Made by a program: the position numbers and the translations under genes. Positions 8,786 through 16,888 of a DNA stretch of 64,000 bases are shown in pieces. The DNA is from a bacterium (GTDB lineage: Bacteria > UBA8248): contig OZ241875.1 of NCBI GenBank assembly GCA_965203325.1, forward strand, positions 1,248,001-1,312,000, in the 5' to 3' direction. The notes under the pieces were generated by a model. That model was not told the DNA's origin, did not search any database, and worked only from the letters and a program-made list of their open reading frames with translations. The stretch's first letter is position 1, and each line of letters starts with the position of its first letter.

Positions 8786-11209
8786 CTACCACCGCTTCGA
8801 GCCGCGCAGCAGTAGGCCGCCTTCTGGTCTCCCGCCGCCCGCCTGTTCGGTGAGCCTCGCCTCGAGGCTCACCTCCGTGGCCGCCCCGGGCTTCCAGCGC
8901 GCGCCCGCGCGCCAGGTCTCCGCGTTCCCCGAGACCGCAACGCCCGTATAGGGCGTCAGCAGACCGCGCGGGGCGTCCAGGCCCCAGGCCGCCTCGGCCT
9001 CGAAGCCAGCGGCGCCCGGCTCGAACCCACCGCCCGGCGAGAGGCCCGCCGCCTGCGACCAGAGCCGCTCCGCACCGCCGGCGGAGGCGCCCCACGAGGA
9101 GCCCGCCCGAAGCGTGAGGCCGCGTCCCCCGGAGCCCGGAGCGTACGCCACCGAGGCGCTCACGCCCCATTCCTCATAACCGCCCTCGCCGTGGGAGAGC
9201 AGGCCGCGCGCGCGCACCTGCGTCGTCAGGGCACCCGAGGTCCAGCGGACAGAGCCGCCGGCCTCCACCCCGCCGCCCGTCTCCGCGTCGCCCGAATCGT
9301 TCCGGAACCCTATCTCCAGCGAGGGCGTCAGCACCGCATCGCCGAACCTGAGCGAGCGCGAACCCTCCAGCACGAGGCGCACGCGGCTCGTCTCCGCCTC
9401 GGTCTCCGCCAGGCCCGCCGCAGCGTCCGAGCGCGTGTTCGTCACCAGGACGTCCGCGCGGAGCGCGAGCTCGAACCCGCCCGCCTCGCGCGCGGGCAGA
9501 ACGACCCCGCGCGCCCCGGCCGCCGCCATGCCCATTGCCACGTCGGCCTCCACCGGGGACGACCCCCCGGGCGTGAGCGTCATCTCCCCCTGCCCATGGC
9601 CCACCGCGCCCCAGAGCGAGAACGTCCCGCTCACACGGTAGCGCGCGTAGGGGTAGACACCCGTAAGCGTGCTCTCCACCTCGCCCGCGCAGCCCGCCTC
9701 GCACGCGCCGCCCGCCTTGTACGAGCCGTCGCCCGCGCTTCGCGAGAGCGCCACGCCCACCAGCCAGCGCGCCCGCTCGTAGTCGAAGCCCACGGTCGCC
9801 GTCGTCACGTCGCCCTCGAGCGAGAGATCGCCCTCGGCGCCCTCGAACGAGGAGCGCGCGCCCCGGCCCCAAAGCGACCAGCGCCCCCCCGGCGCGTCCC
9901 CGCCGCCGGCCGAGGCCATGTGAAACGAACTCGCGAGCAGGAGCTCGGACATCGCGACCTCGCGCACCGAAGGCGCCTGCGCCTCCTCACCGCGCCCGAG
10001 CCGGGCCTCCCTCTCCTTGAGGAGGGCCTCGGCGAGGCGCGACTCGATGGCCTCGCGCTCCGCCCCGCCCGTGAGGCTGTGGCCGCCCAGCACGACGCCC
10101 GCGGCGCCGCCGCCCGACAGGCGTCCTTCAATCGCCCCGGCGACGTGGCCCGCCGCCGCGCGCCCGAAGCGCGCGAGCCACATCCTTTGCAGCGGGTCGT
10201 CGTTGCGAATCACCCCCTTCGCCTGGCGGTGAATCCCCCGCAGATACGCACCCCGGGGGTTCGACAGCTTGAGCTTGAACGTCTCCTTGCCCTCGTCGAT
10301 GGCGTCGTCGAGCAGCGGCACCGAGACCGTCTTCGCCGTCTCGCCCGCCGCGAAGGTCAGCGTGCCCGACGTGGCCGTGTAGTCCTCACCCGCCGCCGCC
10401 GTGCCGTCCTCGGTCGCGTAGTCCACCGAGACCGTGTGCGCCGCCGCGCGGTTGAGCGTCACCGCGAAGTCCAGCGATGCGTCCCTGCCTTCCTTCGCCC
10501 GCGCGTCCTTGACCCGGATGCGCACCGGGCCGCCTATGGTCATACTCGACGTGTTCGTGAGCGTCCTTCCGTCGGCCGTGCACACCGCGCCCGCCGCGCC
10601 GCAGGCGCGCCCGCCCGCAAGCGTCACCGTCATGTCCTTCCACGACTTCGGCGCGACGCGCACCCGCCACAGGCCGGACGCCACCCTGCGCACGTCCTTG
10701 ACCCTGCCGCCCTGCACGGCGAAAGAGGCTGCAGCCGGGGCGCTCGCGGTCTCGCCCAGCGCCTCGCTGAAGCGCACCTCCAGCGCGAACGCCGCCTTGC
10801 CGTCATGCTCTTCCGGCGCTCCCTCGAACGCCGCCGTCAGCGGCTCCGACGCCTGCTGCTGCGCCACCTGCTGCCGCGCCGGCTCCGGCGCCGCCTCGCG
10901 CGTCACCGTCACCGTGTAGGTGCGCGTGTAGCGCGCGTCCGGCGCCGTCACCACCACCACGATGGTATTCTTCCCCACGGCCAGCGCCACCGGCGTCGAC
11001 GGGTCGCCGCCGTTCACCGTCACCCGCGCATTCGGGTTCTCGGGGCTCGCGTTCACCGTGACCTCGGTCACGTCGTGGGCCACCGTCGCGCTGTAGGTCT
11101 CGCGGTCCGGGTCGAACGCACCGTCCAGGCTCACCTGCCCGGCCCCGGCGCCCGTCGCCATGCACAACGCCGCCGACAGCAGCACCGCAATCCGTACCAT
11201 CTTCTTCAT
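8786..11209 (-). CDS. Autotransporter-like adhesin: signal peptide, cadherin-like beta-sandwich, Calx-beta, C-terminal beta-barrel
   Basis: AFDPDRETYSATV...VGKNTIVVVVTA...YTVTVTR. VDYATEDGTAAAGEDY...GTLTF...DDAIDEGKETF (Calx-beta). WSLWGRG..., amphipathic strands, terminal W. Confidence 0.8.
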   Translation of the reverse strand: MKKMVRIAVLLSAALCMATGAGAGQVSLDGAFDPDRETYSATVAHDVTEVTVNASPENPNARVTVNGGDPSTPVALAVGKNTIVVVVTAPDARYTRTYTVTVTREAAPEPARQQVAQQQASEPLTAAFEGAPEEHDGKAAFALEVRFSEALGETASAPAAASFAVQGGRVKDVRRVASGLWRVRVAPKSWKDMTVTLAGGRACGAAGAVCTADGRTLTNTSSMTIGGPVRIRVKDARAKEGRDASLDFAVTLNRAAAHTVSVDYATEDGTAAAGEDYTATSGTLTFAAGETAKTVSVPLLDDAIDEGKETFKLKLSNPRGAYLRGIHRQAKGVIRNDDPLQRMWLARFGRAAAGHVAGAIEGRLSGGGAAGVVLGGHSLTGGAEREAIESRLAEALLKEREARLGRGEEAQAPSVREVAMSELLLASSFHMASAGGGDAPGGRWSLWGRGARSSFEGAEGDLSLEGDVTTATVGFDYERARWLVGVALSRSAGDGSYKAGGACEAGCAGEVESTLTGVYPYARYRVSGTFSLWGAVGHGQGEMTLTPGGSSPVEADVAMGMAAAGARGVVLPAREAGGFELALRADVLVTNTRSDAAAGLAETEAETSRVRLVLEGSRSLRFGDAVLTPSLEIGFRNDSGDAETGGGVEAGGSVRWTSGALTTQVRARGLLSHGEGGYEEWGVSASVAYAPGSGGRGLTLRAGSSWGASAGGAERLWSQAAGLSPGGGFEPGAAGFEAEAAWGLDAPRGLLTPYTGVAVSGNAETWRAGARWKPGAATEVSLEARLTEQAGGGRPEGGLLLRGSKRW

Positions 11210-11223
11210 CGGACATGCCCCCC

Positions 11224-13983
11224 TTAATTGCCGGAATTCAAGTCAAGCGCCCGCAGGCGGGCGTTCGCCGCGTCGACGATCACGATCCCGACCGTGGACG
11301 GTGAGCCCGGCGCCACGCCCGGCGGCAGGTCCGGCTGGATCACCGCCACCTGGAAGCGCTCGTCGTCCGTGTCGTCGTCCTCGTGGGTCCTGATCGTGCA
11401 CGTCCCGCTCGTCGCGCCGGCGGCGATCGTGATGCTCCTGACGAACCCGTGGTCGGCCGTCTCCGACGTGACCCACCTCACCCTGAGCGGGATCTCCACG
11501 TCGTTCGCCAGCGGCTTCGTCAGGGCCACCTGCAACTCCACCGGCGAGCCCTCGGCCACCGTGCGGCGCACCGCCCGCAGCGTCACCTCCGGCAAGTCGG
11601 TGAGGTCCTTGATCCTCACCTGCACCGAGGCCGGGCGGCCCGCCCGCACCCCCGGCGGCAGGCTGGTTGTGTCCAGCGCCACCGTGAAGGTCTCGTCGTC
11701 GAGGTCGCTGTCCGGGTGCGTCGGGATATTGACGACGCCGCAGCTGGTCTGGAGCCAGCCGCTGATGGCGATGGTGTACGCCGTGCTGATCGGCAGGCGG
11801 CCGTCCGTGTCGCCCGACAGCGACACCCCCCAGTCGCCGTCCTCCGAGGTCCCGTGGCTCAGCGTCACCGGAATGCGCACGGTGCCCTGCGGCACCGCCG
11901 ACAGGCACGCCTCCACGCTCGCCGACGCGCCCTCGTTCACCGGGTTCGGGCTGACGGAGAGCTTCACCGTGGAGGAAGTGAGCGTCCCCAGGCTCACCGG
12001 CACGGATTGGCCGACGGTCCAGCTCGGGGGCGTTTCGCCCTGGTTGGAATAGGCCCAGCTCGCGATGACACCCTCGTAGCCCGGGCCCGTGGACAGAACG
12101 GCGTCTGCGATACGGAACCGGCTGTCGCCAACGTTCAGCACAAGGCCCCACTTGCGGTCCAGGGCCTTGTCCAGGTGGAAGAGGAGAAAGCCGCCGATGT
12201 TCGTGAGCCGGAGACCGAGGATCCTGTAATCGACCCCGCCGTAGGTGAAGTCGGCGTCAGAAAGCGCTCCAACAGTTGGTGCGGCTCGAAAGCCCTTCCA
12301 TTTTCCTCCGTCTCCTACCGTCATGGTGCCGGAGACGGCGGTCGTCACCTTCGCCGGGAGCGCCTGCCGCGTGACGGTGACGGTGTAGTCCTTGGTCGTC
12401 GTCGTGTCCTCGGCCGTCACCCGCACCGTGATCGCGTTCACGCCCACGCCGAGCGCGATCGCCGAACTCGCCGAGCCGCTCGTCACCGCCGTGAAATTGC
12501 CCGACGTCCCCTTGCGCACCCCCACCGTCGCCTTGCCGGTGTCGGCCACCGTGGGCGTCAGCTTCACATGCGTCCGGTCGTTCGCCACCGTCGCCGTGTA
12601 GGTCGTCGTCGACGCCCCGAAGGTGCCGATGCTGAAATCCGTGTATTGGCCGCCCGAACTCGTGGCGCTGCCCGCCGTCAGGCCGCTCAGGTCCGCGTTC
12701 GTGGACAGGGTCTGCACCGCCGCCCGCCGCGTGACGGTGACCGTGTAGTCCTTGGTCGTCGTCGTGTCTTCGGCCGTCACCCGCACCACGAGCGTGTTCG
12801 CGCCCACGTCGAGCGCGATCGCCGAACTCGCCGAGCCGCTCGTCACCGGCGTGAAACTGCCCTGGCCCTTGCGCACCCCCACCGACGCCTTGCCGGTGTC
12901 CGCCACCGTCGGCGTCAGCTTCACATGCGTCTGGTCGTTCGCCACCGACGCCGTGTAGGTCGTCGTCGTCGCCCCGAAGGTGCCGATGCTGAAATTCGTG
13001 TATTGGCCCCCCGAACTCGTGCTGCTGCCCGCAGTGAGCGCGCTCAGGTCCGCGTTCGTGGACAGGGTCGGCGTGCTGCCCTGCCCGCAGGAGCTCTGGA
13101 TGCTGAGGGAGACCTCGTCGCCGGCGGACCACGTCAGCCCGGTACTGCTCCAATTGATGGTCCCAGACGTAGCGCCCGACAGCGCAAGCGCGGTCGAGCC
13201 GACGCAGAAATTGAGGGCCCTATGCGTAGTAGTGAGACCCGAATTGAGCGTAAGACGTGAGTTGCCGCTGCTGAAGACCTGGATGCCAACGATGCTGCGA
13301 GTATTACCGTCACCCCCGGGAAAGTCATCGTCCGAGAGCGTGGCGGCGGTCGAGCACTTTTGTGCGGCAGCGGTAGCGGCATTCAAGCAACCGAATCCAA
13401 ACCCGGTTGGAAGCTGCTTCACCGTCAGCGTCGCCGACCAGACGGCCGTGCTGGAGGGCGCGCTGGGCGTCGCCGTCACGAAAGAGGTCCAGGCGCTTGC
13501 CGTATGCCCTGAGTGAGGTCTCGCCTGGACCCGAAACCGGTAGGTCGTGTTGTTCGTGAGGCCCGTGATGGTGACGGTTCTGTTTGCGGTGACGGCAACG
13601 TTCTGCGTCGACAAGGTGCCGCTCGGATGCTCTCCGTAGGCCACTGTGTAACCGCCACGATGATTGGTGATACCTGACCAGGTCAGCGTCACTTGCGCGT
13701 CTCCGGCCTGCGCCTGGAGATTCGTTGGCGTAGCAAGCGAGTGCGTGGCCTCGGCCGGCGCGGGGGCGAACAGGCCGAGCGCGCCGAGCAGCAGCGCGAG
13801 GACGGGGAGGAGGAGGGAGAGGCGGCGGGCGCGGGCGCGCCCGGTGCGGGCGTCAGGCCGTCCGGAGTCCACCGATGTCGGGGAAGCCGGTTCGCGCGCC
13901 CCGGCCGGGCGCACTTCACGCCGCCGGGCCGCGCTGCAGAACGCCGCCGCGAGCAGCATCGAAATCCGTGCAATGTTCTTCAT
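11224..13983 (-). CDS. Large secreted adhesin-like protein: FN3, two cadherin-like beta-sandwich repeats, Calx-beta-like domains, no barrel
   Basis: Start placed at MKNIARIS (13983) after a GGGGG RBS. PTNLQA.AGD.QVTLTW...GLTNNTTYRFRV (FN3). Two STNADLS.L...DYTVTVTR repeats. Confidence 0.8.
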   Translation of the reverse strand: MKNIARISMLLAAAFCSAARRREVRPAGAREPASPTSVDSGRPDARTGRARARRLSLLLPVLALLLGALGLFAPAPAEATHSLATPTNLQAQAGDAQVTLTWSGITNHRGGYTVAYGEHPSGTLSTQNVAVTANRTVTITGLTNNTTYRFRVQARPHSGHTASAWTSFVTATPSAPSSTAVWSATLTVKQLPTGFGFGCLNAATAAAQKCSTAATLSDDDFPGGDGNTRSIVGIQVFSSGNSRLTLNSGLTTTHRALNFCVGSTALALSGATSGTINWSSTGLTWSAGDEVSLSIQSSCGQGSTPTLSTNADLSALTAGSSTSSGGQYTNFSIGTFGATTTTYTASVANDQTHVKLTPTVADTGKASVGVRKGQGSFTPVTSGSASSAIALDVGANTLVVRVTAEDTTTTKDYTVTVTRRAAVQTLSTNADLSGLTAGSATSSGGQYTDFSIGTFGASTTTYTATVANDRTHVKLTPTVADTGKATVGVRKGTSGNFTAVTSGSASSAIALGVGVNAITVRVTAEDTTTTKDYTVTVTRQALPAKVTTAVSGTMTVGDGGKWKGFRAAPTVGALSDADFTYGGVDYRILGLRLTNIGGFLLFHLDKALDRKWGLVLNVGDSRFRIADAVLSTGPGYEGVIASWAYSNQGETPPSWTVGQSVPVSLGTLTSSTVKLSVSPNPVNEGASASVEACLSAVPQGTVRIPVTLSHGTSEDGDWGVSLSGDTDGRLPISTAYTIAISGWLQTSCGVVNIPTHPDSDLDDETFTVALDTTSLPPGVRAGRPASVQVRIKDLTDLPEVTLRAVRRTVAEGSPVELQVALTKPLANDVEIPLRVRWVTSETADHGFVRSITIAAGATSGTCTIRTHEDDDTDDERFQVAVIQPDLPPGVAPGSPSTVGIVIVDAANARLRALDLNSGN
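12366..13070 (-). repeat. Intragenic tandem duplication (about 357-360 bp period) encoding two cadherin-like domains
   Basis: GTGACGGTGA at 12371 and 12731, with near-identical sequence throughout. Confidence 0.9.
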
Positions 13984-14088
13984 TTGGAATGCCCCCTGTT
14001 CCGTGATTTCGGGTTCAAGCTGACGCAACCGGTCTTTCCGCGAGAGGCGGATTCCTGCGGTATGCGCCGCCTCGAACCCGGGCTGGTG

Positions 14089-14110
14089 TCCGCTAATTGC
14101 CGTTATTGGC
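14089..14110. other. Lox-like recombination site A-left
   Basis: TCCGCTAA-TTGCCG-TTATTGGC. Spacer is the reverse complement of the A-right spacer. Confidence 0.75.
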
Positions 14111-14281
14111 CCCCAGAAGCCCCGTTTTCCACCGAAAAACCCGTTTCGGGGGGCATTCGGGCCGCAAATGAGCGAAAAATGAGCGAAAAAAGGCGCGAAA
14201 CGGCGCCCGAAACCCCTCCGGGGACCCCGGAATTGCGCTTGACATGGCCGTGAGAGGTGTTTAACTTTCCGATAACGGCAA
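14097..14281. promoter_or_regulatory. Putative 185-bp invertible promoter segment (locus A)
   Basis: Flanked by inverted sites. TTGACA 14239-14244, 17 bp, TAACTT 14262-14267, pointing away from the adhesin. Homologous to 60428-60612. Confidence 0.75.
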
Positions 14282-14289
14282 TTATCGGA
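14268..14289. other. Lox-like recombination site A-right
   Basis: TCCGATAA-CGGCAA-TTATCGGA: perfect 8-bp inverted arms around a 6-bp asymmetric spacer. Confidence 0.8.
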
Positions 14290-14443
14290 CTCCAGAAACC
14301 CGCCGTTTCGCCGGTATCCCCCTGCGAAACGGCTTTTTTTATTGGAAATCCCCCGTCGTCGTCCATACTTGGTAATCAAGGAGGCGCTTGAGTGGCCTCA
14401 AGCAATGGACACGGCCGCCGACCCGGAAGGTTGGCTTCTCGGC

Positions 14444-14606
14444 ATGACGACGGGGGCAAGACCATCCGACCCGACGCTCAGGGGATTCGAGCGTTGGGGC
14501 AACCCCGAGACCGACGCCGGGATAGCGGCGTAACTGGGGGAACTCTACGAGGGGGGGACACTCGGCGGCCGTGGCCGCGATGGCGAGGCTTCGCTACGGG
14601 CAGTGA
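14444..14606 (+). pseudogene. Internally deleted relic of the Cre-like recombinase at 60807-61730
   Basis: Keeps MTT start, LR.FER.G.PETDAG.AA(Y to stop)LG.LYEGG and terminal ARLRYG.*. The catalytic domain is missing. Confidence 0.85.
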
Positions 14607-14649
14607 GGTCCGCCGCGTGCAGGACGCCCGTCTTCTCCCGAATATCTCT

Positions 14650-15369
14650 CTACCGCCTCTTCTTTCTCCGGGCGGCTCTCTCCTCGGACGTGGAAGTCCA
14701 CCTCCGCGCGGAGGCCCACTTCTCGAGGTCTTCGAGCAGGTAGCGCACCCGGTATCCGATGCGAAGAAAATCCGGCCCCTCGCCGCTCACGCGGTAGCGC
14801 TCCAGCGTCTTGGGCGAGAGGCCGAGCCAGGCGGCCGCCTCCCGCGTGTTCAGGTGGTTCTCCTCCGCGCGCTCATCGACGTCTCCCGCGGCCCCGGGTT
14901 CCCCGGCGGCGTCCCACGTCCCGTCGAACGGATCGGGCAAGTCCGCGAGCCTCCCGCGTATGGCGCGGACCTCCTCTCGGGTCGCGTTGGCCGCCATCCA
15001 GGCGCGCACCCGGTCGAAGGTCTTGAGATACGGCGAGGCGCCCCGGCGCAGCCTTCCCACGAAAGAGGGGTTCCCCACGGTCTCCTCGCCCAGGATCGAG
15101 ACCTTGGTCCCGCTCACCGCGAGAAACGCCTCGACCTCGGCCCGCAGGAGCGGTCCCAGGGGCGGATACCCCATGAACGCGAGCACCCGGTCCGCCGTGT
15201 CGACCCGCAGGGGCCGCCCCCGGGCGTGCAGTCCCACGAAGCCGGGAATCCCCAGCGCGCCCACCCCGAAGCGCCTCGCGCTCATCCCGCGGCGCGCGCG
15301 CCAGAGCGCAATGCTCCGGCGCAGCCGCTCGTCCAGCGGGGCGCCGGTATCGTCGTCGAACGCGGTCAT
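14650..15369 (-). CDS. DNA-binding protein: two Cro-like HTH repeats plus C-terminal excisionase/AlpA-like HTH
   Basis: MSARRFG...T.DRV.AFM and ...GNPSFV.RLRRG.SP...T.DRVRAWM repeats. LNTREAAAWLGLSPKTLERYR..GEGPDF.RIG.RVRY..EDL..W. Confidence 0.75.
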   Translation of the reverse strand: MTAFDDDTGAPLDERLRRSIALWRARRGMSARRFGVGALGIPGFVGLHARGRPLRVDTADRVLAFMGYPPLGPLLRAEVEAFLAVSGTKVSILGEETVGNPSFVGRLRRGASPYLKTFDRVRAWMAANATREEVRAIRGRLADLPDPFDGTWDAAGEPGAAGDVDERAEENHLNTREAAAWLGLSPKTLERYRVSGEGPDFLRIGYRVRYLLEDLEKWASARRWTSTSEERAARRKKRR

Positions 15370-16169
15370 GGCGCGCGAACATAAGGAAAGGACGAGCGCC
15401 CGTTCAATCGTTGTCTCTAGCGCGGAAGGTACACCCGGGAAGAGTCCGCGACCGCTCCCGAGAGCGGGTCGCTCATCGGTTCAGCCTGAAATCACGGGGG
15501 TTTTCCGGAAAACGAGGGTCGCCGGAGAACGTGCGGCGAGGCGCTGCGGAAAAAAAGGAAGGACACCGCCCCCCGGGCGAGAGCTCGAAAGCCTCTTTCG
15601 TTCACGCCGCAGTGGGCTGTTTCGCGAGTCGTCCCTGCGAATGACCGGCGATTGGCGGCGCCCGGCGAGTTGCATCTCGACCGGAGAAGCCCCTGCCGCG
15701 GCAAGGCGCTGCGCGCTGCCCGTCCGCAGGTCGAAACGGCGCCGATTCCCTTGTTTCATTCGTTTTTATCGCATCGTATGCTGATGTTCCGGGTCGTCCG
15801 CCAAATACAATACGGCCAAGCCGAAATAGGCGGACATTCCTTCGTGGATTGTATGCCAACGGCCCGGATTCTGGAGGAAATAAAAAATATTCGGCCGGGC
15901 AGGCGGGGCGCAGCAATGCCTCCGCCTACCCGGCCTGCCACCCCGGTAATCATTCTCTCATGGGGTGATGAGCATCAAAAATTCGCCGACCCGAATCGGA
16001 TACGCCGTGCCATACGAACAACTGCCTCTGAGCCTTGTGGTATTATCACCCTGCCAACGAACGATTACCCGCTCTTCGACGACTCGCGCCCCCTGGGATG
16101 CTTTGGGGTTGTAATGAGTCCGCTTGCGTTTTGATTACATTTATTTCAAGGAATTTATAACTGGCTTAA

Positions 16170-16433
16170 AAACAATAATTTAATTTTCATATTCTGGATA
16201 ATACGATAAATTCACGGGGTTTTTCGATAAATTCCTGAAAAATGATGGTCAGATAAAGCATTGTAATAAAAAGGGTTATCATATAAATCTGAGCGTATCG
16301 CACTCAGATTCAGCGGCAAAAAAAGTTTTTCGGCTCCCGCGCATTTGCGCGCAATTGCCCGCATTCGGGCGCGGCCGCCTGGGGGAGTTCGGCCCGGAGC
16401 GGACGCGCCATGAGGCCGCGCACGGCGTCCCTG
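16170..16433 (+). repeat. Dispersed AT-rich repeat copy 1 plus duplicated gpsA 3' end
   Basis: Matches 48941-49113 (direct) and about 56660-56850 (inverted). Confidence 0.85.
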
Positions 16434-16888
16434 CCGGGCCGGTTGGATTGCTGTTCCTCATCGACCCAGCTGCCGGTGCCCATAATCCCGACCGACATCG
16501 CGGCCGGTCGGGAACGCGAACGGACGAGCGGAGGCGTTTAAGCGCAAAGACGAACTCTTCGCCCTGTTGCCCAAGGGCGGAATCGCGCTCCCGGGTTCGG
16601 GCATCACCGACAACTTCTTCGACGAAAGCAATCGAAGCGAAAGCGGTTTCATTAAATCTCCTGCGCATTCCAGCGCGTATTTTTCTTCAAAGTCTGGTTC
16701 CTGGCGGCTTGCCCCCACGAGGTTTTCCACGACGGTCTTTGAAATGGCCGGAACACACCACACCTTGCTCTATGACCTGCAACAAATCGACCCATTCCCA
16801 GGGGCGCAAATGGCTACACGCGTGGGTCGTGCGTATTCTCTCCGCGCTCTGCTTATGTTTCTATGCTCTCCTTTCTACTGAAAATCGC

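Noticed and set aside
12366..13070. Diversity-generating retroelement TR/VR pair
   Set aside because: Both copies are in-frame coding domains, the differences are not evidently adenine-specific, and no reverse transcriptase is present.
9191..13260. Long plus-strand ORFs (678 aa and 625 aa) and similar antisense ORFs at 37730-39745 and 53418-55373
   Set aside because: Shadow frames of GC-rich genes on the opposite strand, with no recognisable motifs.
14268..14289. Chromosomal dif / pdif (XerCD) site
   Set aside because: Shares TAA-N6-TTA but has symmetric arms and lacks the XerD arm TTATGTTAAAT. It occurs as inverted pairs beside its own recombinase.
13984..14379. 132-codon N-terminal extension of the 1051-aa ORF
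   Set aside because: It runs through the non-coding switch region shared with 60364-60720. The real start with RBS is at 13983.
16500..16760. Minus-strand fragment SALGQQGEEFVFAL resembling DUF3883-type nucleases
   Set aside because: A single short motif with no intact ORF. Cannot be supported without a search.
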